Origin: Fibrobacterales bacterium
Lineage (GTDB): Bacteria > Fibrobacterota > Fibrobacteria > Fibrobacterales > JAOPTW01
Assembly (NCBI GenBank): GCA_051532035.1
Contig: JAOPTW010000045.1
Span: forward strand, 7,624-71,623
Direction of reading: 5' to 3'
DNA length: 64,000 bases
The first letter of the stretch is position 1, and each line of letters starts with the position of its first letter. Shown piece by piece: positions 9,386-18,272 of this stretch. The notes under the pieces are model-generated. The model had not been told where the DNA came from and did not search any database. It saw only the letters and a list, made by a program, of their open reading frames with translations. The translations under genes were made by a program, and so were the position numbers.

Positions 9386-10792
9386 TTACTCATGAACGGT
9401 AAGATTCAGGTGATAACATTCGTGATCACAGAACTCTAAATAGTCTGCATCGAATTCTATATATGGCTCATCATGGTCGCCCAGCACCGCATAAGATAAT
9501 AGGGTATTCTTTCCATATAAAAGCACCAACATAGAATATTCGCCTACAACATCAAAAGTGACATCGGTACCCCAGGTACCATTAGTGTTGTACAGGCTCA
9601 TCCGGTTATCACAGTTTTCCGATAACTCGGGACATGATTTATATACAAGCACCGCTGAATCGATGGGTGCGCTTGTTGTAAATGAATAAGTAAGTGCATA
9701 CTCAATATTTTGCAGCTCAGGAACTTCTGTAGGGGTAATATGAATGTCTTTTGGACTTGCCATTCCATTAAGAACTTTGAAAACTTCAATGTCGTTATCG
9801 TACCCATACATCTCTATTTTCTGCCAATAATCATTGGTAAGGAGTACGTTACCATTCCAATGTAACCCATCTTGTGTAGTAAGTCTCAGTGTGTCATAGC
9901 TGTCATTAACAACCAACATCACAGAGTCAATAGGGACGGGTGTGGTAACATTTGCCGGATTATTCAGTTGTAGATAATAGGGCTCTTCACCATAGCTTTC
10001 GAATACATCTCCATTTATTGAGGGGAGTATCTCCTGTAACTCTATTTCTTCCGATAACTCTTTTGAAACGCTCCCATCATTATAACATGAAATAGTTATG
10101 GTAAAAGTACCCTTCCCTTTATAAAGGTGTGCGCCTGTCCATTGTCCAGTCTCTAAGTCCTCCAGTTTAAAGGATTCATTATACATCTTAAAATCTATCA
10201 TATATTGATACCCTACCACTATGCTGTCAAAGGTTTGGTCGGTGTTGATATTTGTATGACACGTGATGTACTCATAACAGTCAAGCTCCACAAGTGATGT
10301 TCCTAGAGTGATATCACTGCTTATGGGAACTGTGGTGGTGGATGAACTACTGATTGGACTGAGAGCGCTACTACTACTACTACTACTTAACGCTTGGCCC
10401 GATGAACTCAATGTGATGTGTGAACTACTCCCTACGATTTGACTCGATGAACTTGTAGTAGGGAGAGCAATGCTGCTGCTGCTCTGTGTTTGAACCAACG
10501 AACTCGGTGTATTGTGAGAGCTACTACTCAAATTATCCGAAACAATAGGAGGAATCGTGTCGTCATTATTGATAGGGTCGAGTGGTTCTTGCTGGCAAAT
10601 GGCAAAGGTAAAGCAGGATTGATCTTCACAATCAATAAAACCATTTTGATTATTATCCAATGAGTCAGTACATAACTGATAGGTATTTTCCACTGATAGT
10701 TCACTGGTTGTTTCTGATTGCGAATCTGAATCACTTATGCAGTTGATAAATAATAAGCTGCTGAAAAGCAATAGGAGTAATTGATACTTCAT
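9386..10792 (-). CDS. Ser-rich secreted lipoprotein, unknown function
   Basis: Start moved to MKYQLLLLLFSSLLFINC (lipobox). Contains a Cys/Asp-rich CTDSLDNNQNGFIDCEDQSC motif and a long poly-Ser/Thr linker. Confidence 0.75.
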   Translation of the reverse strand: MKYQLLLLLFSSLLFINCISDSDSQSETTSELSVENTYQLCTDSLDNNQNGFIDCEDQSCFTFAICQQEPLDPINNDDTIPPIVSDNLSSSSHNTPSSLVQTQSSSSIALPTTSSSSQIVGSSSHITLSSSGQALSSSSSSSALSPISSSSTTTVPISSDITLGTSLVELDCYEYITCHTNINTDQTFDSIVVGYQYMIDFKMYNESFKLEDLETGQWTGAHLYKGKGTFTITISCYNDGSVSKELSEEIELQEILPSINGDVFESYGEEPYYLQLNNPANVTTPVPIDSVMLVVNDSYDTLRLTTQDGLHWNGNVLLTNDYWQKIEMYGYDNDIEVFKVLNGMASPKDIHITPTEVPELQNIEYALTYSFTTSAPIDSAVLVYKSCPELSENCDNRMSLYNTNGTWGTDVTFDVVGEYSMLVLLYGKNTLLSYAVLGDHDEPYIEFDADYLEFCDHECYHLNLTVHE

Positions 10793-11129
10793 AGTCCATT
10801 CCTTAATAGTATAGTATGTTAAAATCTGTCCCATATAAAAAGGTAAGTCAAATGCAATGGAAAACACCGACAGTGGGTGTTATTATTATAAGATAGTGTA
10901 CACCAATTGTGAACACTGGATAGACTCAATGGTAAGAGGGCCTTCATAGGCAACGCTCGTTTAACTCAATATGGGTGCCACATACAGATCCCTTACGCTA
11001 CGACCTATAAACAACTTATCATCAGTAAAAGTATTCCCTCTGTTATATTAATGTTACAATTATCAAATCTACAGCAATTATTAATACATTAATTTGCACA
11101 TTAATTTTTAACTATTTAGGAGATACGCA

Positions 11130-13004
11130 ATGCGTCTAAACCTATTAAAGCGAAATATAGTAGCTGTTTTTATTTCAATGGTACTTATATCAACAGGGTG
11201 TCTATCGACAAGTACAGACACTACCAGTGAAGAGGCAGACTCTTCAAATACATCTTCTCTATCAAGCACTAACTCTTCTGGTACATCATCTATGTCGAGC
11301 ACAGACTCTTCAGCAGGATCTACAACCCCCGAGAGTTCTGATGGTTCTATTGCATCAGTAGAAGCGGCCCTTGTGGTTACTTCTGGATTACCTACTCTAG
11401 AACCAGGAGAAAGTGATCAGCTTAAACTTGTGACCTATGATAACGCAGGAGAAATAGTAACATCGCCTATTGCATATAGCACCAAAAACAGTTCCGTCGC
11501 AACGGTCTCTCAGTCCGGTAAACTCGAAGTTGTGGGTATTGGTGCTACCACTGTTATAGCATCTACAACGGTGGATGGAAAGACTGTTAGCCTAAACATA
11601 CCAGTTGTGGGGCTGAATCCAGCACGCAAAATTATTATTGCTCCTCCGGCATTTATGGGCATGGCAGGTGATAGCTTTGAAATCATAGCTCTCATGACTG
11701 TAGTAGGGTATTATTCTCTTGAGTATACAACGTCAGATGAAAATGTTGCATCAGTTGATGCACTGGGGAATGTGACATTGAAAAATGCAGGCGTAGCACA
11801 GATCACTGTGGTGGGTGCATTCAAGGGTGCTACCGAAACAGCATTTATTGGTGTGACGGTTCTTCCTGAAATAGTGCCTCCACCAGTGTTAGCTCAGATC
11901 AAACTAACGCGGAAGAGGAATGCGCATTCAATGATATTTGAGGGTGACCAAGTATCACTCCAGGCTCAGGGCTACTCACTTGATGGTAAAGAGATGGAGG
12001 CTGCCTATAGTTGGTATAGCGATGCCGACTCTATCGCTACAGTAAACAACCGAGGGGTTGTTTCGGCGGTTACAATGGGAAGTACCATGATCCGTGCTAC
12101 TGCAATGGGCGTTGAGGGTAACTATTTATTAGAAGTACTCCCTGATACTATTATTATTGTAACCCCAATGATGACCCAAGTATCTGCTGGTCAAACTGAG
12201 CAGTTTAAGGCCGAGGTGTTTGATTTAAAAAACGATGTCGCTGTCTCTGGTGTACACACTATAAAATGGGCTCTGTTTGACCCGGTAGCAGAGATGCTGA
12301 ATTTTGGTACATCCTTTGGAGAAGATCAGGGAATTGATATAGGGGGGATGGGCGACATGCCTGATATGCAGGGTGAAAAAGCGTCTATCAGTACTAGTGG
12401 GCTGGTAAAAATACCTTCATCATCAATTCTTGCTTCTATGATGATTGTTACTGCCGAATTAGACGGGAGTACCGATGTCCATGGTGGTGCCATTGCATAC
12501 GTCGGTATGGATGCTGGTTTTGAAATTCCTGATAGTGATATCAGCGCGTCGTCAAACACAGAGAGGCCATCATCATCTTCTCGTTCACTTAAGGATCCAG
12601 CTGATGGTTCATCATCGCACAAATCAGCATCACACCTTTCGAGTAGTTCTCGCAACCCTTCATCTGAAAATATCAGTTCAACAGTTGTTTTGGTTGAAGT
12701 TGTCGATATCTCTCCAAGTAACATCGAAGCGAGTCCAGGAACTACAGTTCAATTTTCTGCTGTAGTCGTGTATAAAGATAATGGTAACATCTCAGGAACT
12801 ACTGGCGTGATAGTGTGGGAGATTATGGATGATATAAGCAGCGATATGCTTGGCGGGTGGCCAACGGTCGATGCGACCGGCAAGGTGACCATTCCTGATG
12901 ATGCGTTTCCTGGAATGACCTATTCTGTGATTGCCAGCTTACAAGGCTCTTCGATGACAAAAGGGCTTTCAACTATTATGATACCAATGGATAGTGGTAT
13001 GTAA
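11130..13004 (+). CDS. Bacterial Ig-like (Big_2) repeat lipoprotein
   Basis: AGGAG RBS. Lipobox LISTGC. Ser/Thr-rich linkers. Repeated Big_2-like units (ATVSQSGKLEVVGIGATTVIAST; ASVDALGNVTLKNAGVAQITVV; ATVNNRGVVSAVTMGSTMIRATA). Confidence 0.85.
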   Translation: MRLNLLKRNIVAVFISMVLISTGCLSTSTDTTSEEADSSNTSSLSSTNSSGTSSMSSTDSSAGSTTPESSDGSIASVEAALVVTSGLPTLEPGESDQLKLVTYDNAGEIVTSPIAYSTKNSSVATVSQSGKLEVVGIGATTVIASTTVDGKTVSLNIPVVGLNPARKIIIAPPAFMGMAGDSFEIIALMTVVGYYSLEYTTSDENVASVDALGNVTLKNAGVAQITVVGAFKGATETAFIGVTVLPEIVPPPVLAQIKLTRKRNAHSMIFEGDQVSLQAQGYSLDGKEMEAAYSWYSDADSIATVNNRGVVSAVTMGSTMIRATAMGVEGNYLLEVLPDTIIIVTPMMTQVSAGQTEQFKAEVFDLKNDVAVSGVHTIKWALFDPVAEMLNFGTSFGEDQGIDIGGMGDMPDMQGEKASISTSGLVKIPSSSILASMMIVTAELDGSTDVHGGAIAYVGMDAGFEIPDSDISASSNTERPSSSSRSLKDPADGSSSHKSASHLSSSSRNPSSENISSTVVLVEVVDISPSNIEASPGTTVQFSAVVVYKDNGNISGTTGVIVWEIMDDISSDMLGGWPTVDATGKVTIPDDAFPGMTYSVIASLQGSSMTKGLSTIMIPMDSGM

Positions 13005-13052
13005 CAGCCGGCCCAGTTATATCAAATGTTCTTTTATAAATTAAGACATATA

Positions 13053-13088
13053 AAAAGGATCTGTTCGGGGAACAGATCCTTTTTATTA
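13053..13088. terminator. Bidirectional-looking hairpin terminator
   Basis: AAAAGGATCTGTT-CGGGG-AACAGATCCTTTT, with A/T runs on both sides. Confidence 0.75.
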
Positions 13089-13611
13089 TTGGCATTCTAA
13101 ACACAAAAATAACAAAATTCGCAATCAATATAATTACAGCACAAGAAGCCTACTACTTTGGGTATACTAATAGTAGGGGAGTAAAGCTGACACAGTCGAG
13201 TATCCCTGAAGAGAGGTAACGATGCGAGCACCACATTTTCATCATGATCACAATACTCATCATCATGAGCTTTTAGATACATTAGGGTACTATTTTCATT
13301 CATCATTAATTCCTTTAATTATTTTTATACTGATCTTATCTAAAATGGTTTCGGGCGACATCCTCACGATACATACTATTGATCCAGAAAGTATCAAGGT
13401 CGTACATTACGATGTTTGTGAGTAAATAATGGTATTGATAGAGTAAGGTTTATGACATCAAAAGGTCGTGTGTTTATGTTAGTATCCTTCTACAAAAGAC
13501 TTCTCACACAATTTTTCCCGATTTTCAATAGGATAGGGGCACTATCATCCTTCTTAGATGCAGGTTTATATCATTAATCATTGCCAGTTTTAATCTAATT
13601 AGTTACCTTTA

Positions 13612-13716
13612 ACCCGTTCTAGGCCCTACGCAATGACTATTAGGGTGGACTCCGCCAGGGCGAAAGCAGCAACGGGCACGCTTGTTTTTATGTGCCGTAG
13701 CCAGCCTAGAACACTT
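13612..13716 (+). ncRNA. ffs: Signal recognition particle RNA, small (4.5S) type
   Basis: A roughly 100-nt long hairpin: GTTCTAGGC..CTACG (13616-13630) pairs with CGTAG..GCCTAGAAC (to 13712). The apical region CC-AGG-GC-GAAA-GC-AGCA-ACGG matches the conserved domain IV pattern AGG/GNRA tetraloop/AGCA (E. coli: AGGUCCGGAAGGAAGCA). A TTTTTT run follows. Confidence 0.7.
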
Positions 13717-13777
13717 TTTTCTTCTGAACATCCCCATTACATTTTGAGTAACTATTAAGTACTGCTACCAGTATATA

Positions 13778-14665
13778 TTACGGTATGCGTTTTTTACTTT
13801 GAGAAGCTCTCACTCTTGATATACTATATCCGGCCTTTTTAAGCTGCTCAACAATACCTCTATCGCCCAAGAGGTGACCCGCACCAACTACCACAAAACC
13901 CACCTTTTTTGTCTCAGCGACTTTGATGATGTTTTGGGTCATCGAGTCATTGCGACCGTAAAAGAGAAGGTCATACATTTTTTTATATGCAGGAACATTG
14001 GCATCCATAAACAAAAAGTTAGAGAGTTCAAGTGAATCACCACTTTTCCAAGAGGTCATAAGCTGGTTAACCAAAGAGAGGGCATTGCCACTACTTTTGA
14101 GCGTATAATCGATAAATGAACTATCGCTCCCAATGTTATCAAAGAGCTCTATCTGAAATTCCATAGATTCCAGAGGCAGTACTTTTCGGTTCCCTCGGTT
14201 TGATAAAAAATGCATATCAATCCCCATATCTGAAGCAAAACCCATCTTTTGCATCATAGCCATCATAACCACCTGACAAACATACCAGGGTTTAAACGGT
14301 TCAAACATCTGCATTTGTAACCCAATAGAGTCCACCACATACTTCTTCAGAATAGTGTAATTATCAGGAGAGAGCGAATTCTTTAAAGTGTTGCCCGCAG
14401 GATATTGGGCGTACCGTAACATAAGCGCCTGGGCATCCATTGGCTTGATAGATTCCATATCAACCTCAACCACAAGAACCTCCGCCTTGTTCCAAGCTTC
14501 GGTTACATAATCAACCATAGGATAAAAACTATCATCCGCAACATGAATAGACCCAAACAGGTAGACTTGCTGAGGGCCCTTGGTAGCCTTCCAGAGAAGC
14601 GGGGCATTAGTACTGCTCCAAACGGATATAATGGTAAGAAGCAGTGTTATAATAAAAAGTTTCAT
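13778..14665 (-). CDS. TraB/GumN family protein
   Basis: Signal peptide. LLWKATKG..VYLFGSIHV and FVVVGAGHLLGDRGIVEQLKKAGYSI are family hallmarks. Confidence 0.8.
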   Translation of the reverse strand: MKLFIITLLLTIISVWSSTNAPLLWKATKGPQQVYLFGSIHVADDSFYPMVDYVTEAWNKAEVLVVEVDMESIKPMDAQALMLRYAQYPAGNTLKNSLSPDNYTILKKYVVDSIGLQMQMFEPFKPWYVCQVVMMAMMQKMGFASDMGIDMHFLSNRGNRKVLPLESMEFQIELFDNIGSDSSFIDYTLKSSGNALSLVNQLMTSWKSGDSLELSNFLFMDANVPAYKKMYDLLFYGRNDSMTQNIIKVAETKKVGFVVVGAGHLLGDRGIVEQLKKAGYSISRVRASQSKKRIP

Positions 14666-15102
14666 TATTCTCTAGCCGGCAATGGAATATCTATAGAATA
14701 TACTAATCCCTACCAAATTTGAGGTTATGTTGTGTATCTCCTTCATTAGATAAAAAGGAAAAGAAGAGATACATTTGAAGAATCCACCACCCGAACCATA
14801 CGTGCGAAGCACACTCTACAACATAACCGCGCCCCCGCCTAGCAAATACACTCGTTAAAGGCAATGCAGCTTACCTAAAGATACCGTAAGACAAAAACGA
14901 CACCATTTGTACAGTATTCCTTAAGTGTAAACCCAAGCGTATATACCTCGATAGTGAGCAAAATAGCAACTGCAGTGTTGTCTGGACCAATAGCCTAGTA
15001 GCATTTATGTTGAAGCTTTCTGCAAGAATGCTTTTTGTCCAGTCTTTTGGGCACCCAAAAGGTCTGGCCTCGTTCGGGGGAGGCCCCCCGAGAACTCTAT
15101 CT

Positions 15103-15181
15103 AAAGAAAAAGAGAAAAAGAAAAAGAGAAAAAGAAAAGAAGAAAAGAAGAAAAGAAGAAAGGGAAACAAAACAAAAAAAG
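15103..15181. repeat. Homopurine/homopyrimidine tract (65 nt of pure A/G at 15103-15167, then A-rich with two C)
   Basis: Read directly: AAAGAAAAAGAGAAAAAGAAAAAGAGAAAAAGAAAAGAAGAAAAGAAGAAAAGAAGAAAGGGAAA. Confidence 0.9.
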
Positions 15182-15203
15182 CCAGCGTCAACAGACACCG
15201 GCT
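15169..15203 (-). terminator. Rho-independent terminator of the 15230..16567 gene
   Basis: On the minus strand: AGCCGG-N12-CTGGCT (one G-U pair, which is a mismatch on the plus strand) followed by TTTTTTTGTTTT. Confidence 0.65.
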
Positions 15204-15229
15204 TCAAAAACAAAAGAAAAGAGAGAAAA

Positions 15230-16567
15230 CTATCTCACAATCTTCCTCGACTCAACATAAAACCTCTTCTCAGAAGCCTCACCAAGAGAAAATGATTTCC
15301 GAGGAAAAACACCCTCTTTAATTACGGTAGGGAAGAGTGAAGACTTCTCAACTTCAGGAAGAAGAATCCCCATATTACCCTCTTTGTTACCAAGCTCAAC
15401 AGTTGTGTCGATACCGTGAATATAATCAACAGTAGTAGTAGGGTGTTGGGCAAGAAATTCATCCATAAAGAGTTGTACTGAACCCACATCAAGTGTGTGC
15501 TTAGGGTTAAGAATACTCACATATGATTTTTTACCCGCAGTATTAAAAGCAAATTTATGATATCCATTTTTTGCATTAATAGCAGAAACCATTGTTTCGG
15601 TATCGTTCACTTCAACAATCTCTACGTTGTAGAATTTTTTAAGATCAGCAACAAACATTTCTGGATCAACATTAAAGAGCGTACGGTGAATTGCTTCACA
15701 AGTAAGACCTTCATCATAGACATTGTTAATTTCAACAAGTGCATGACGAGCAGGGTGATTCATCAGTTCTGCATCATCTGGGTTTTCAGCTTTAAGCTCT
15801 TCCCAGATAGTTTTTGCAGTAGCAAGGGAGTGGTTTCCATCACCTACAGCAAAAAGAAGTGGATTGTCACTCCCATATTTCAATTTATACTGAGCGGGAT
15901 TCGCAATTGCTTCAATAGCATCAGTAATTTGGTTGAGTGAATCTTCGTCAGACACCATCCATCCAGAGATATGACCAGCACCTTGCATAAGCTCGAAGTC
16001 ATAGATTTTATCAAATGAGTCGCGTTTTTCAAAAAGTGGTTCAACAATTGATCTCTTAGGGTCATCAATAAGGAAAAGAATATGAGGAAGTTCTATTGAC
16101 GCGTCTTGACGCACCATTTTACGCGGAGGAATTCTGTCGAGAATGGTACCTTCAGACGCGCGAATCAGGCTGGTAGAACCAACTGAAAAGTCATAATGCT
16201 CAAGGTCAACATTAAAGAGGAGACCCTTTTTACTTTCAACAAACTCAGTTTTGCGGTCAATAAGAATAGCACCAGGCTGTTTTTCTTCAAGAATATCGTC
16301 AGCAACATACTGTTTCATGTTTTTATTGATAGAATCAATAATCTCTTGAGTACGGCCATCTTCGAGGTATGCTTCAGGAAAGGTGATATTAAGAGTTGAA
16401 GGTGCGTCATCGACGACTTTCTCAACATCAGTCCAATACTCACGTTGTGATGTATATTGATCACAGGCAATAACAGCCCATTTCTGCATATCAACATCTG
16501 ATTTAGGAAGTAAAATTTGAGGAACTTGTAGTCCAAGTTTTTCGAGTCTTTCCGCTCTATCTGCCAT
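15230..16567 (-). CDS. DUF1015-like conserved protein
   Basis: 445 aa. WAVIACDQYTS and VGDGNHSLATAK resemble what I recall of one DUF1015 subfamily. The assignment is from memory only. Confidence 0.5.
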   Translation of the reverse strand: MADRAERLEKLGLQVPQILLPKSDVDMQKWAVIACDQYTSQREYWTDVEKVVDDAPSTLNITFPEAYLEDGRTQEIIDSINKNMKQYVADDILEEKQPGAILIDRKTEFVESKKGLLFNVDLEHYDFSVGSTSLIRASEGTILDRIPPRKMVRQDASIELPHILFLIDDPKRSIVEPLFEKRDSFDKIYDFELMQGAGHISGWMVSDEDSLNQITDAIEAIANPAQYKLKYGSDNPLLFAVGDGNHSLATAKTIWEELKAENPDDAELMNHPARHALVEINNVYDEGLTCEAIHRTLFNVDPEMFVADLKKFYNVEIVEVNDTETMVSAINAKNGYHKFAFNTAGKKSYVSILNPKHTLDVGSVQLFMDEFLAQHPTTTVDYIHGIDTTVELGNKEGNMGILLPEVEKSSLFPTVIKEGVFPRKSFSLGEASEKRFYVESRKIVR

Positions 16568-16675
16568 TATATCTCCGGCTGAGGTGTTTGTACGTTTGTG
16601 AAAAAAAGTAGAAAATTTGAATGAGAATAATGAGTCTAGTATTGATTAATCACAATTCTCAAATAAGAGTGGTTG

Positions 16676-17317
16676 TTATAGTTGTTCTTTTCCGATATAG
16701 CCATAGTCAACATTTTCGCCAGGGAACTTCATCTGAAGTTTAGCAACCGTTTCGTAGAACTGTTGGAGCTCTTGAAATACTTCGGCACCCACCATCTCTT
16801 CGGCATCTTGTTCATTCTCCATATTGTAACTCAGGTAACTGCCATCAGGGAAAATATAGAGATAACAGTCCCAAGTAACTTCTTCCGAAGGAATTAAGTT
16901 GTCGAGAAGTAAGAGGGGTTTGGGTGAATAGATTGGTGGATAATGACCATCTACCCAAATAAAGCGGTTCCTATCAAGAAGGAAATATTCGAGAGCCATA
17001 CAGAATTTGTCTTCATGCATGGTTTCTATAAGTTCAATATTTTCAAGGTCTTCTACGATTGGGTTTCGGAGATCGTAAGGGAGGACAATTTGATGGTACT
17101 CAAATTTGTGGGCATTTGAACCAACACGATCAAGCCATTCTTTAGGTGGTGCTGGTTGCTCTTTTAAGAAGGTACCCATGTTTTCTAAAATTTTGGGTAA
17201 GAGGGAGGTGTATTGTTTTGACTCCTCTTTTGCTTGATTAATGGTATGGATAAGGTTTTCGAGCACCTCTTCAGACGAGTGCTTGAGGGTGTTTTCTTCT
17301 TTATTTTCTTGGGTCAT
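16676..17317 (-). CDS. Hypothetical protein (213 aa), translationally coupled to the upstream gene
   Basis: Its ATG overlaps the upstream TAA (TAATG). No family recognised. Confidence 0.65.
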   Translation of the reverse strand: MTQENKEENTLKHSSEEVLENLIHTINQAKEESKQYTSLLPKILENMGTFLKEQPAPPKEWLDRVGSNAHKFEYHQIVLPYDLRNPIVEDLENIELIETMHEDKFCMALEYFLLDRNRFIWVDGHYPPIYSPKPLLLLDNLIPSEEVTWDCYLYIFPDGSYLSYNMENEQDAEEMVGAEVFQELQQFYETVAKLQMKFPGENVDYGYIGKEQL

Positions 17318-18204
17318 TAAAAGGTCTCTTGGGATTTTTGTGTAACGCTGAAGGCGATGCCTTTTTCGTAGTATGCTAATTCATTAATAAATACAGGATA
17401 GACCGTTTCGGCCCCTTCATAGAGAAGTTCCTCTCCCTCAAAAGTGAGGAAAATAGGGTCACCTGGATTAAGTGGTTGATAATCCATTCCTTGTAAATTG
17501 GGATGAATCATTGCGTTCGGTTGGTTCTGTTCATCTCTTGGGAAGTCAACATTATATTGCTGAGTATAGATATCGACATTCTGAGGAGCATGTGGCTCAT
17601 TTGCATTGAATGCTTCAATAGCATCAAGAGCAGCATAAACAACCTGTTCCGTTTCAAAGAATAGATCTGCAATCAATGAACCATGGGCTTGAGGGCCCGA
17701 TTCAACGCAAATATCACGGGTTGCAATACTGGGAAGGTAGGGGCTGCTTGCACTATCTTCGGATATATAATAGATGTGAACCAGTGGATTTGAAGAAAGC
17801 TTAGAGATGATTTGTAAGAGTGCAGGGTCTTTTTGACCAACAATTAGAGAGATTCCCATATTGGCCGTAGTGTTATGTAAGTCAAGAATAATATCAGCCG
17901 CATGAGGCGAGCCTTTAGGGCCAAGTTCTGTGTTGATCTCTTTTGCTCTTCGCTCTTCGATTGTAGTGAGTGAGCAGTCATTAAGATCTGATTGCGTAAA
18001 ACAGCGATTGAGGTCTTTTTCTATGTACCTTCTGCAAGCTGTTATAGCGTCATGATTTGCGAGGATTGTTGTGGTAGAGAAGCTGTTTCGTTCGATGAGT
18101 GTTGGATCTCGGTCCCATTTCTTGATAAGATTGACGCCAGTAAGTTCATTACCGTGTGTACCGCCTACAATAGCGACCTTACTGAGAGGGGATAAATCGT
18201 CCAT
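17317..18204 (-). CDS. Aspartoacylase / succinylglutamate desuccinylase (AstE/AspA) family Zn hydrolase
   Basis: VAIVGGTHGNELTGVNLIKKW matches the aspartoacylase N-terminal Zn motif. DLHNTTANMG is also present. Confidence 0.8.
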   Translation of the reverse strand: MDDLSPLSKVAIVGGTHGNELTGVNLIKKWDRDPTLIERNSFSTTTILANHDAITACRRYIEKDLNRCFTQSDLNDCSLTTIEERRAKEINTELGPKGSPHAADIILDLHNTTANMGISLIVGQKDPALLQIISKLSSNPLVHIYYISEDSASSPYLPSIATRDICVESGPQAHGSLIADLFFETEQVVYAALDAIEAFNANEPHAPQNVDIYTQQYNVDFPRDEQNQPNAMIHPNLQGMDYQPLNPGDPIFLTFEGEELLYEGAETVYPVFINELAYYEKGIAFSVTQKSQETF

Positions 18205-18272
18205 ATGCCAAAAAGTTCTATCTTATAAGGTAAATATATTATAATTTAAAATAAAACTGACCCCTACTCACA

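Noticed and set aside
11047-11107. Cluster of ATTAAT / ACATTAATTT motifs upstream of the Big_2 gene as a specific operator
   Set aside because: The motifs are real in the sequence (ATTAAT four times; ACATTAATTT twice, 12 bp apart). Such AT-rich palindromes are expected by chance in an AT-rich promoter, and I cannot distinguish them from generic -10/UP-like sequence.
14666-15229. tmRNA or RNase P RNA in the long spacer
   Set aside because: I found no tRNA-like T-arm/CCA end, no tag-peptide frame ending in ..ALAA-stop, and no GAGGAAAGUCC-type RNase P core on either strand.
14871-15321. Track ORFs 14871..15191(-), 15007..15321(+) and 15035..15295(+), which are Phe/Leu-rich or Lys/Glu/Arg-rich
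   Set aside because: They are translations of the homopurine/homopyrimidine tract. They are low-complexity and mutually overlapping, with no RBS and no plausible fold.
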